The position numbers and the translations under genes were made by a program. From Elusimicrobiota bacterium (GTDB taxonomy: Bacteria; Elusimicrobiota; Elusimicrobia; F11), in NCBI GenBank assembly GCA_046153645.1, contig JBJXGI010000093.1, positions 1 through 33,287 of the forward strand: 33,287 nucleotides of DNA, read 5' to 3'. Positions 16,305 to 24,219 of this stretch are shown in pieces. Below the pieces are notes generated by a model that saw only the letters and a program-made list of their open reading frames with translations, did not search any database and had not been told where the DNA came from. Each line of letters begins with the position of its first letter. Positions within the stretch are counted from its first letter, which is position 1.

Positions 16305-16867
16305 TTTCTTGCTCTTTTCTTTTGATTTCATGCGCGCCTAAGAAAAAAATGCAATCAATCGCTCAGGATGAACAGGAAAAAGAAATTCCTGCACTAAGGT
16401 TAACTGACGTAGCTCTCCAAAATTTTGATGAAGCCGGTTTACAATGGGAATTGTTTTCTCCCGTGGCCGAAGTTTTTACGAAGAAAAAAATTATAAGGGC
16501 GCGTAAAATGGCCGCTTTTACCTATGAAAATGGAACAAAATCAACACATATAAAAGCCAATCAGGCGATGATGAGTACGGCTCCTAAAGAGGATCTTGTG
16601 CCCTATCAAACTCACGTTGGGATTCCATTAAAGAATAATGATTTGTTTTTAGAGGGAAATGTGGTTGTTGTGTCTACTCAAAATTCACAAGTTAACACAG
16701 ATTGGCTTTATTTCGAAAATGCCGAACAAATTATTCGTTCTTCCGCGCCAGTTGAAGTAAGACGTGAAGATTCGATTACGCGCGGAGTGGGTTTAAGAGC
16801 CACTTCCGATTTATCTCAAGTGCAAATTTTCAAACAGACATTAATTATTAAAGAGAAAACTCAATAA
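16271..16867 (+). CDS. lptC: LPS export protein LptC-like
   Basis: Position kdsC-X-lptA-lptB; hydrophobic N-terminus with lipobox-like LISC; beta-jellyroll-like LEGNVVV and GVGLRA. Confidence 0.7.
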   Translation: MGRYIKFFLSLISCSFLLISCAPKKKMQSIAQDEQEKEIPALRLTDVALQNFDEAGLQWELFSPVAEVFTKKKIIRARKMAAFTYENGTKSTHIKANQAMMSTAPKEDLVPYQTHVGIPLKNNDLFLEGNVVVVSTQNSQVNTDWLYFENAEQIIRSSAPVEVRREDSITRGVGLRATSDLSQVQIFKQTLIIKEKTQ

Positions 16868-17556
16868 TGAAATTTTTAGTTGGCATTTTTTTTATTTTTT
16901 TAACGTCAACCGCTTTCTCTGTGGATACCACTATTACCGGGGGAGAGATGGAATTGCGAGATAAAGGCGAAACAGTTTTTTTTAAGGGAGGGGTTCATCT
17001 CCGTCGAGGAAATGACACAATGAAATCCCAAGAAATGTCTACCAATAAAAATAGAGATCAAGTAACGGCTGTTGGTCATGTTCAATTGTTTCGAAAAGTA
17101 AGTTCCACAGAAAATTGGAAAGGTAAGGGTGATCAAGCTTACTACGAAACTCAAAATGCTTCTGGTTATTTACTTTCTTATGAGAAAAGAGCTTCACTTC
17201 GCAGAACAGAAATATTGAGTTCAACGATGACGCGCGTGGTTGATATGTTCGCCAAAAGGTTTGATTTTTTTAAGAACAATCAATTTGCGACTGCCAACGG
17301 TCATGTTTATGGAAAAACAATAGATTCTCAAAGTCGATCGGGATATGAATTTTGGTCAAACAAAGCAGAGTATGATGGTGGATCAAAAATAATCACACTG
17401 TCAGGTTGGCCTTTCCCAAAACTAGTTCAGAAAGACGCCGAAAAGACGAGTACTCTTGTTGGTGAAAACATTCTTTATAATGTCGAAACTCAAAAACTGG
17501 TGAGTAAAGGAAATGCCATGGCTGTTTTTACCGATTTAGGAGAAAAGAAAAAATGA
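16867..17556 (+). CDS. lptA: LptA/OstA-like periplasmic protein
   Basis: Signal peptide; FKGGVHL and AVGHVQL beta repeats; directly upstream of lptB. Confidence 0.7.
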   Translation: MKFLVGIFFIFLTSTAFSVDTTITGGEMELRDKGETVFFKGGVHLRRGNDTMKSQEMSTNKNRDQVTAVGHVQLFRKVSSTENWKGKGDQAYYETQNASGYLLSYEKRASLRRTEILSSTMTRVVDMFAKRFDFFKNNQFATANGHVYGKTIDSQSRSGYEFWSNKAEYDGGSKIITLSGWPFPKLVQKDAEKTSTLVGENILYNVETQKLVSKGNAMAVFTDLGEKKK

Positions 17557-18272
17557 GTTTAGCCGCCAAAGATTTAGAAAAAACGTATGGTTCACGAAAA
17601 GTGGTTAAAGGCGTTTCTTTAGAAGTTTCTCCCGGTGAAATTGTGGGCTTATTGGGTCCCAATGGCGCTGGCAAAACAACTTGTTTTTACATGATGGTGG
17701 GTTTGGTGGCCTCAGATAAAGGAACTGTTTCTATGAATGGTCGAGACATCACTTCTTTTGCCATGTTTAAAAGAGCACAAACCGGTATTGGCTATTTACC
17801 GCAAGAACCCTCTATATTCCGAGGTCTTTCTGTTGAGGATAATTTAAGAGCGATTTTAGAGCACGTCAAAGGAAGTAAATCTGAAAAAGAAGCCAAGGTT
17901 GATTCTCTCTTAGAAGAATTTGGTTTAACCCGTCTTCGCAAACAATTGGCTGTTACTTTATCCGGCGGAGAAAAAAGGCGCTGTGAAATTGCCAGGGCAC
18001 TGACCACCAATCCTCAAATTTTACTTTTGGATGAACCGTTTGTTGGAATTGACCCTATTACTGTTTCTGATATTCAGGGTATTCTGCAGGTTTTAAAGAA
18101 AAAGGGCCTGGGCGTTTTAATTACCGACCATAACGTTCAAGCCACGCTTGATATCGTTGATCGTGCCAGTATTGTTTATGATGGAAAAATCCTCACGCAA
18201 GGATCTCGCGAAACCTTATTAAATGATCCTGAGGCCCGCCGGGTGTATTTGGGTGAAAACTTTAAGATTTAA
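17553..18272 (+). CDS. lptB: LPS export ABC transporter ATPase
   Basis: GPNGAGKTT, YLPQEPSIF, LSGGE, LITDHNV and VYLGENF motifs. Confidence 0.95.
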   Translation: MSLAAKDLEKTYGSRKVVKGVSLEVSPGEIVGLLGPNGAGKTTCFYMMVGLVASDKGTVSMNGRDITSFAMFKRAQTGIGYLPQEPSIFRGLSVEDNLRAILEHVKGSKSEKEAKVDSLLEEFGLTRLRKQLAVTLSGGEKRRCEIARALTTNPQILLLDEPFVGIDPITVSDIQGILQVLKKKGLGVLITDHNVQATLDIVDRASIVYDGKILTQGSRETLLNDPEARRVYLGENFKI

Positions 18273-18278
18273 ATGGTC

Positions 18279-18312
18279 TTGAAAACTCCAAAATACATTG
18301 TAAAATGGAGTT
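18279..18312 (+). promoter_or_regulatory. Putative leaderless sigma70 promoter with operator-like inverted repeat
   Basis: TTGAAA(18279)-N16-TAAAAT(18301), ATG 6 nt later; IR AACTCCA 18284-18290 / TGGAGTT 18306-18312. Confidence 0.5.
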
Positions 18313-19446
18313 ATGTATTCCAGACTGCTTAAAGCTCCTAGAAATAAAAGTTTTTTCTTGTTGGGTCCCCGCGGTACCGGCAAAACAACATGGGTTCGAA
18401 CCAACTTTCAGGATTCAATCTATATTGATTTGTTAGAAGCGCAAGTTTTTAATGACCTGCTGGCTCAACCTCAAAGAATAAATTCTTACATTCCTCCTCA
18501 GTTTAAAAATTGGATTATTATAGATGAAGTGCAAAGAGTCCCGGATCTTTTACACGAAGTCCATCGATTGATTGAATCAAAGAAATACAAGTTTATTCTT
18601 ACAGGTTCAAGTGCTAGAAAGCTAAAAAGAGCAGGTCCCAATTTATTGGCTGGACGAGCTCTTTCATTATCAATGTCCCCTTTATCTGTGTCTGAAGTTG
18701 GTGACGATTTTGATATGAATAAGATTCTTCAATTCGGACAACTCCCCAGTATTTACTCGGAGGAAAACCCAAAGCAATATCTCGAATCCTATGTAAAAAC
18801 CTATTTGGAAGAAGAAATTCGGCAAGAAGGCTTAACGAGAACGCTTGCGGCTTTTGCACGGTTTCTTGAATCAGCTAGCTTTTCTCAAGGATCTGTTTTG
18901 AATGTTTCATCGGTTGCTAGAGACTGTGCAGTAGAGAGAAAAGTCGTAGAGAACTACTTCACTATTCTTGAAGATTTGCTCATTGCTTATCGTATTCCTA
19001 TTTTTTCTAAAAGATCTAAGCGCCGTCTCACTCTTCATTCAAAGTTTTATTTTTTTGATGTGGGGATTTATCGCACGATTCGGCCCATGGGTCCCTTAGA
19101 CTCCATAGAAGAAGTGGAAGGCATTGCACTTGAGACATTATTTTTTCAGGAGTTAATGACTTTAAATAATTCGCTTGGCTTGGGATATCGGCTGTATTAC
19201 TGGAGAACTTCGAATGGGCAAGAGGTCGATTTTGTGTTATATGGTCCACGCGGTTTGTTTGTGTTTGAAATAAAAAGAACTGGAAAATTTAAAATTGAAA
19301 TGTTAAGTGGGATTCAGTCATTTCTTAGAGAGTATCCCATGGCTAAGTCTTATTTAGTGTACATGGGAGAGCGAAGTTTATTTGAGGGTAAAACTCAGAT
19401 CATTCCCGCTAAAAAAATTCTGCAAAATTTGATTAATATTCTATAG
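18313..19446 (+). CDS. AAA_14 ATPase with DUF4143 domain
   Basis: GPRGTGKT, IIDEVQR, LTGSS, LAGRA, KFYFFDVG and EVDFV..FEIK motifs. Confidence 0.9.
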   Translation: MYSRLLKAPRNKSFFLLGPRGTGKTTWVRTNFQDSIYIDLLEAQVFNDLLAQPQRINSYIPPQFKNWIIIDEVQRVPDLLHEVHRLIESKKYKFILTGSSARKLKRAGPNLLAGRALSLSMSPLSVSEVGDDFDMNKILQFGQLPSIYSEENPKQYLESYVKTYLEEEIRQEGLTRTLAAFARFLESASFSQGSVLNVSSVARDCAVERKVVENYFTILEDLLIAYRIPIFSKRSKRRLTLHSKFYFFDVGIYRTIRPMGPLDSIEEVEGIALETLFFQELMTLNNSLGLGYRLYYWRTSNGQEVDFVLYGPRGLFVFEIKRTGKFKIEMLSGIQSFLREYPMAKSYLVYMGERSLFEGKTQIIPAKKILQNLINIL

Positions 19447-19459
19447 GCTGCCTTACTTT

Positions 19460-19500
19460 TTTTGTAAACAAATTAAGTGACTTTGTTGTGTTTTTTTGAA
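19460..19500. repeat. Direct repeat, copy 1 (41 bp), flanking the Fic cassette
   Basis: 39/41 identical to 20529-20569. Confidence 0.9.
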
Positions 19501-20405
19501 TAATCTCTGATGGCGTCTAATGTTGTCATCCAATTGCGGCCAAATTTAACTGAGGGTAATATTCCGCGCCTTGCCAATAAACTTAAATATTCTTGTGAAT
19601 AGGGCGTTTTTTGTGCAGCATGAGCCAATGTAATATAACCTTGTCGTTCGTCGGTTTGTTTGGGTGGGGTTAAGGCTTGTAAATAGATAATAAGGGAACG
19701 CTCTATAGATCGAGCAATGAAATGAAAATAATCTTCGTTTTTTCCTTGATCTGCTTCTTGTAGGACCCGGTAGTATTTTCTCCTATCTACTTTTAAAATG
19801 ACGGCAGGGGGATAACCTTTCCGCATGAGAACAAAATTCATCAAAAGACGAGCGGTACGACCGTTCCCATCTATAAACGGGTGAATAGACACAAATTGAT
19901 GATGAAGACGAGCTGCTAGTTCTAGCGGGTCCATTTTTTTCTGATTTAGTTGAAACCATTCAAATAGCGTATTCATTAAGCTTGTCACTTTTAATGGGTT
20001 AGGAGGAATGTGGGTCGCGCCTAAAATCCTAACCGAATGACGGCGATAATGACCAGCTTCTTCTTCATCGATATTCTTTAGGATTAGTCGATGTAGTGAG
20101 CAAACCAATTCGTCATTAAGCTCATGGTGATCTTGTGTATATTTTTCAAGAGTCTGAATGGCTTCTTTATGATTGGTTGCTTCAAAGTGTTCGCGAAGAG
20201 GTTTCCCTGAAATGGTCAGCCCCTCATTTAAAATCAAGGCTGTTTCTTTCAAGCTCAAGGTGTTCCCTTCGATAGCGTTAGAGTTAAATGTCCACTCAAT
20301 GGCCATTTGTTGGCGCAATTTTTCCAGCGCCAATTTAGGGAATGGCCTTAAAGAATCAAGCTTTTTCTTTTTTTCTCGAATTGATATTTTTAAATTGAAG
20401 CTCAT
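19473..20405 (-). CDS. Fic family protein with C-terminal HTH_17-like domain
   Basis: Canonical HPFIDGNGRTAR; inhibitory-type SNAIEGN motif; C-terminal YSQEYLSLLARRG..KFGRNW. Confidence 0.9.
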   Translation of the reverse strand: MSFNLKISIREKKKKLDSLRPFPKLALEKLRQQMAIEWTFNSNAIEGNTLSLKETALILNEGLTISGKPLREHFEATNHKEAIQTLEKYTQDHHELNDELVCSLHRLILKNIDEEEAGHYRRHSVRILGATHIPPNPLKVTSLMNTLFEWFQLNQKKMDPLELAARLHHQFVSIHPFIDGNGRTARLLMNFVLMRKGYPPAVILKVDRRKYYRVLQEADQGKNEDYFHFIARSIERSLIIYLQALTPPKQTDERQGYITLAHAAQKTPYSQEYLSLLARRGILPSVKFGRNWMTTLDAIRDYSKKHNKVT

Positions 20406-20412
20406 AGGGAAG

Positions 20413-20450
20413 AGTATATCGGATAAGTAGTTATTTTGTCTATCCGATAT
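20413..20450 (-). promoter_or_regulatory. Putative leaderless fic promoter overlapped by a perfect 10-bp inverted repeat
   Basis: Minus strand TAGACA-N18-TATACT, ATG 7 nt later; IR ATATCGGATA 20416-20425 / TATCCGATAT 20441-20450. Confidence 0.6.
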
Positions 20451-20528
20451 TTATTCTGTTTTTGAGTTTTTCCATCTAAAAATCAATCTAAATTTAGCAT
20501 CTTCATGCTTTTTTATGTGAATCTGAAA

Positions 20529-20569
20529 TTTTGTCAACAAATGAAGTGACTTTGTTGTGTTTTTTTGAA
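20529..20569. repeat. Direct repeat, copy 2 (41 bp), flanking the Fic cassette
   Basis: 39/41 identical to 19460-19500. Confidence 0.9.
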
Positions 20570-20663
20570 AGAATCAAAGCACTATTGAAAATTGCTAGCA
20601 CGAATCATTAGTGAAATGTGGGGAAATGCCCTGCATTTTTTTTATGCCCGGGAGGCGAGTATT

Positions 20664-21083
20664 ATGACGAAGATGTTTGTAGGAAGTTTGCCGTTTGATG
20701 TAACAGAAGAGCAGCTCTTTGATTTGTTTAAACCATTTGGCCAAGTTGGAAGCGCTAAATTGATGACAGATCGAGAAACCGGGCGTTCCAGAGGTTTTGG
20801 ATTCGTGGAAATGGAAGATGCGCAAGCTCAAGAAGCCATTGCAAAATTGAACGGTAGCACAGTGGGATCAAGACAAATTGTTGTTAACGTTGCTCGCCCC
20901 ATGGAAAAAAGAACAGGTGGTGGTGGCGGTGGATTTGGTGGCGGACGCGGCGGCTTTGGTGGAAACCGAGGCGGTGGCGGAGGCGGCGGTGGACGTGGTG
21001 GATTTGGTGGCGGACGTGGTGGTGACCGAGGTGGTGGTCGCGGCGACCGTGATGGAAATAAAGGCGGATTTAAGCGCTGGTAA
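20664..21083 (+). CDS. RRM RNA-binding protein with Gly/RGG-rich tail
   Basis: RNP2 MFVGSL and RNP1 RGFGFVEM; GGAGG Shine-Dalgarno favours ATG 20664 over the track start at 20592. Confidence 0.92.
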   Translation: MTKMFVGSLPFDVTEEQLFDLFKPFGQVGSAKLMTDRETGRSRGFGFVEMEDAQAQEAIAKLNGSTVGSRQIVVNVARPMEKRTGGGGGGFGGGRGGFGGNRGGGGGGGGRGGFGGGRGGDRGGGRGDRDGNKGGFKRW

Positions 21084-21091
21084 TTTTTTTT

Positions 21092-21136
21092 AAAACGCGC
21101 TGTTCTTCTTGAAAAATAGAAGAGCAGCGCGTTTTT
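21092..21136 (+). terminator. Rho-independent terminator (probably bidirectional)
   Basis: AAAACGCGCTGTTCTTCT-N8-AGAAGAGCAGCGCGTTTT, with one G-U pair. Confidence 0.8.
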
Positions 21137-21142
21137 AGTTGT

Positions 21143-21171
21143 TTGACTATAATCCGTAGAATTCATAGCAT
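21143..21171 (+). promoter_or_regulatory. Putative sigma70 promoter for the PTS cluster
   Basis: TTGACT-N17-TAGCAT immediately after the terminator. Confidence 0.45.
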
Positions 21172-21209
21172 TTCCGTCCTAATCAATAAATTTATTTGAG
21201 TGAGTGGCC

Positions 21210-21668
21210 ATGAAAGTTTTAGAGTTTCTCGACGAAAGTTGTATATTTCTGGATTTGAAAAGTTCATCTAAAAAAGAAACCATTGAAGAACTTTGCAATA
21301 TACTCCTTCAAAATTCGAAAATTAAAGATCTCCTTCCTGTCGTTAATTCATTAATGGATCGTGAAAAATTAGGCTCTACTGGTATTGGTCAAGGTGTAGC
21401 CATTCCCCATGGAAAGTCAGATTCTACATCCGCTCTCGTCGGTGTATTGGGCATCTCAAAACGAGGTATTCAATTCGAATCTTTAGACGGAGAACCTGTT
21501 AATGTTGTATTTATGTTGGTTTCTCCTCCCGATTCAAATGGACAACATTTAAAAGCGTTAGCCAGAATTTCACGGCTTCTCAAAGATAAATTTTTTAGAC
21601 AAGCTCTTAGGGAAGCCAAGACGGCTCAAGAAATTAGAAACATCATAAAAGAGGAAGATGAATATTAA
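21210..21668 (+). CDS. ptsN: PTS IIA (Ntr/Fru type)
   Basis: REKLGSTGIGQGVAIPHG and HLKALARISRLL motifs; alternative GTG start at 21204. Confidence 0.88.
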   Translation: MKVLEFLDESCIFLDLKSSSKKETIEELCNILLQNSKIKDLLPVVNSLMDREKLGSTGIGQGVAIPHGKSDSTSALVGVLGISKRGIQFESLDGEPVNVVFMLVSPPDSNGQHLKALARISRLLKDKFFRQALREAKTAQEIRNIIKEEDEY

Positions 21669-21731
21669 TTCTTCGCTTTTTCCCCGTTTTTTTAGAATTT
21701 TTTCTATCCCCCTGTCTCCAAGGATTAACTC

Positions 21732-22676
21732 ATGAGTGAACTAACAATTAAAGAATTGTATGAGTCTTGTTATAAAGAATTAAAATTAGATTGGATTTCA
21801 GGTAAATCAGGACAAAATAGAGTTGCTAAAGTTTCTGAAGTTAATCGTCCTGGTTTATCTCTGGCTGGATATTTTGAATATTTCAGGCCAGAGCGTGTCC
21901 AAATTTTAGGACAAGGTGAATATGCTTATCTTCAAACGTTAGATAATGCCAAACGCCTCGAAATGGTTGGAAAAATGCTGAGTTTTAAAGATCTTCCGTG
22001 CGTGATTATTACACATGGCAGAGAGATTACCCCTGAGATTACAGAAGTATCCAATCGAAATAATGTTGCTGTTTTTAGATCTCCATTAACAACCGCGCAC
22101 TTAATTCGTGAGTTATCCGCGTATTTAGAAAACCGCTTAGCGCCAATGGAGATGGTTCATGGAGTCCTCACGGTCGTTTATGGTTTGGGTGTTTTGATTA
22201 TGGGCGACTCTGGAAGCGGAAAATCAGAATGCGGACTTGAACTTGTTAAACGTGGACATATTCTCGTATCTGATGATATTGTCGAAGTTCGGCATCACCC
22301 CGGTGAATTGTTGGTTGGTTCTTCTGGTCCTTTGCTTAAACATTACATGGAAGTTCGTGGCCTTGGAATTATTGATATTAAACAAATGTTTGGGGTCAGC
22401 TCCGTTAAAGATTCGGCTCGCATTGAGTTGGTTGTAAAATTGGAATTGGACAAAGGCGATGGCGAATACGATCGCATTGGACTTGAAAATAAAAATATGG
22501 AAATTTTAGACGTCCCCGTCCCCGAAGTTGTTTTGCCCTTGCGGCCCGGAAGAAATGTGGCGGCTTTATTAGAGGTTGCCGCATTAAATCAGCGATTAAA
22601 ACAAGAGGGTATTTATGCCGCTCGAGATTTAAATAAAAAACTGATTAGCCGTATTAATGAAGCCCACGAAAAATAA
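21732..22676 (+). CDS. hprK: HPr(Ser) kinase/phosphorylase
   Basis: NRPGL, GDSGSGKSE, EVRGLGII and PGRN motifs. Confidence 0.95.
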   Translation: MSELTIKELYESCYKELKLDWISGKSGQNRVAKVSEVNRPGLSLAGYFEYFRPERVQILGQGEYAYLQTLDNAKRLEMVGKMLSFKDLPCVIITHGREITPEITEVSNRNNVAVFRSPLTTAHLIRELSAYLENRLAPMEMVHGVLTVVYGLGVLIMGDSGSGKSECGLELVKRGHILVSDDIVEVRHHPGELLVGSSGPLLKHYMEVRGLGIIDIKQMFGVSSVKDSARIELVVKLELDKGDGEYDRIGLENKNMEILDVPVPEVVLPLRPGRNVAALLEVAALNQRLKQEGIYAARDLNKKLISRINEAHEK

Positions 22677-23533
22677 TGAAGGCTAATTTTCATTGCATTA
22701 TTATTACAGGATTGTCAGGGGCAGGGCGGAGTGTTGCTTTAAATGCACTAGAAGATTTGGGAATTCACTGTGTTGATAATTTACCTCTTCAGCTTCTTCC
22801 AAAGTTGCTTGATCTGTATCATGAAAGTGGTGTTCGCCTAAAAGAAATTGCTGTTGGTGTTGATGTTCGAGTTGGCGCGTTGTTAGACGAATTTACAAAA
22901 TCTCTTCAAGATCTTTCTCGTCGAGGAATTACCTATCAGGTTTTATTTTTAGAAGCGAAAGATGACGCCTTGGCGCGCCGTTTTTCAGAAACAAGGCGTC
23001 GACATCCACTTGGAAAAACACCTCTGGGTGGCATACGAGAAGAAAAACGGCGAACCAAAGAAATCAGAGCTATTTCTGATCGGATTATTGATACCACTCG
23101 AACCAATCCAAATGAATTAAAGGGAATTTTAGCTCGTGCTATTCGATTGCCCAAAGCAAGGTCCATGGCAATTACGGTTACTTCTTTTGGTTATAAATAT
23201 GGGCTTCCCATCGATGCTGATATTGTTTTAGATGTTCGTTTTATTCCAAACCCCAATTATGTTAAAAGTTTGAAAAATTTAACCGGACTTCATAAGCGAG
23301 TATCTCAATACGTGCTTAGACAGAAGTTAACCAAGAAATTTATGGATGCTGTGAAATCTATGCTGGATATGACTCTTCCCCAATATGTTGGAGAGGGAAA
23401 AAGTTATTTGACCGTCGCCATTGGATGTACCGGAGGGCGGCATCGAAGTGTCGCTTTGGCTGAGCTGATTAAAAGTTATTTATCGATGAAAAAATTTCCA
23501 GTGAGAATTGTTCATCGAGATATTGGACTTTAA
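22676..23533 (+). CDS. rapZ: RNase adapter RapZ/YvcJ
   Basis: GLSGAGRS, VDNLP, RFSETRRRHP, SFGYKYG and GCTGGRHRSV motifs. Confidence 0.93.
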   Translation: MKANFHCIIITGLSGAGRSVALNALEDLGIHCVDNLPLQLLPKLLDLYHESGVRLKEIAVGVDVRVGALLDEFTKSLQDLSRRGITYQVLFLEAKDDALARRFSETRRRHPLGKTPLGGIREEKRRTKEIRAISDRIIDTTRTNPNELKGILARAIRLPKARSMAITVTSFGYKYGLPIDADIVLDVRFIPNPNYVKSLKNLTGLHKRVSQYVLRQKLTKKFMDAVKSMLDMTLPQYVGEGKSYLTVAIGCTGGRHRSVALAELIKSYLSMKKFPVRIVHRDIGL

Positions 23534-23535
23534 AA

Positions 23536-23934
23536 ATGATTGGGATCTTGGTTTTAACTCATGGACCATTTGGTGAAGATCTCATTAAGACCGCCAGTGC
23601 CATTATGAACGAGCAGGGGAAAATTTCAGCTTTAAACTTGTCTCGCCGATTGGATTTTCCAACTCTACGAAAAAAAGTGTCAGACGCCATTGAGGAATTA
23701 AAAGCAGAATCAGGGGTATTGGTTCTTATTGATGCCTATGGGGGCACTTCCTATAATACGACGCTTCCGTTGATGAATAGTTTTCATTTGAGTTTGGTGA
23801 CAGGCGTTAATTTACCAATGGTTCTTTCTGCTTTAACCAACCGGCATCGGATGGAGTTAGAGACACTAGCAAAAAAAGTTTCGGAAGATGCCAAAAAAAC
23901 AATTTCAGTTTTATTAAAAGCAGATTTAGGGTAA
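23536..23934 (+). CDS. PTS IIA (mannose/fructose type)
   Basis: LTHG, DAYGGT and TGVNLPM motifs. Confidence 0.88.
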   Translation: MIGILVLTHGPFGEDLIKTASAIMNEQGKISALNLSRRLDFPTLRKKVSDAIEELKAESGVLVLIDAYGGTSYNTTLPLMNSFHLSLVTGVNLPMVLSALTNRHRMELETLAKKVSEDAKKTISVLLKADLG

Positions 23935-23943
23935 ATCAATTTT

Positions 23944-24219
23944 ATGATCGAAAAAGATTTTATTGTTAGTAATCGTTTGGGCTTACATGCGCGGCCAGCA
24001 TCATTGTTTGTTAAGACCACTTGTAAATTTAAAAGTTCGATAAAAATTAAAAAAGACGGAAGTGAAATAGATGCGAAAAGTATTATGGGACTATTAATGT
24101 TAGCCGCTGGTCCTGGCAGTACACTGACCATTGTGGCAGACGGTCCAGATGAAGCCGATGCGATAAAAGCATTGGATGATTTATTTCTACGACATTTTGA
24201 TGATGATAATGGAGATTAA
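23944..24219 (+). CDS. ptsH: Phosphocarrier HPr
   Basis: GLHARPAS (His15) and DAKSIMGLL (Ser46). Confidence 0.95.
   Translation: MIEKDFIVSNRLGLHARPASLFVKTTCKFKSSIKIKKDGSEIDAKSIMGLLMLAAGPGSTLTIVADGPDEADAIKALDDLFLRHFDDDNGD

Noticed and set aside
18273..20570. Integron array, prophage or IS explanation for the accessory genes
   Set aside because: No integrase, transposase, phage gene, attC-like site or terminal inverted repeats found by eye.
20916..21055. GC-rich GGT/GGC repeats as a possible repeat array
   Set aside because: Explained by the Gly/RGG coding sequence; no spacer structure.
20828..21166. Proline-rich 112-aa ORF on the minus strand
   Set aside because: It is the antisense shadow of the GGN codons in the RRM protein's glycine-rich tail.
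21669..21731. Pyrimidine-rich spacer between ptsN and hprK
   Set aside because: No convincing stem or known motif; consistent with AT-rich intergenic DNA.
22705..22735. RapZ Walker A reads GAGRS rather than GAGKS
   Set aside because: Single conservative change that I recall in other RapZ/YvcJ proteins; the rest of the protein is intact.
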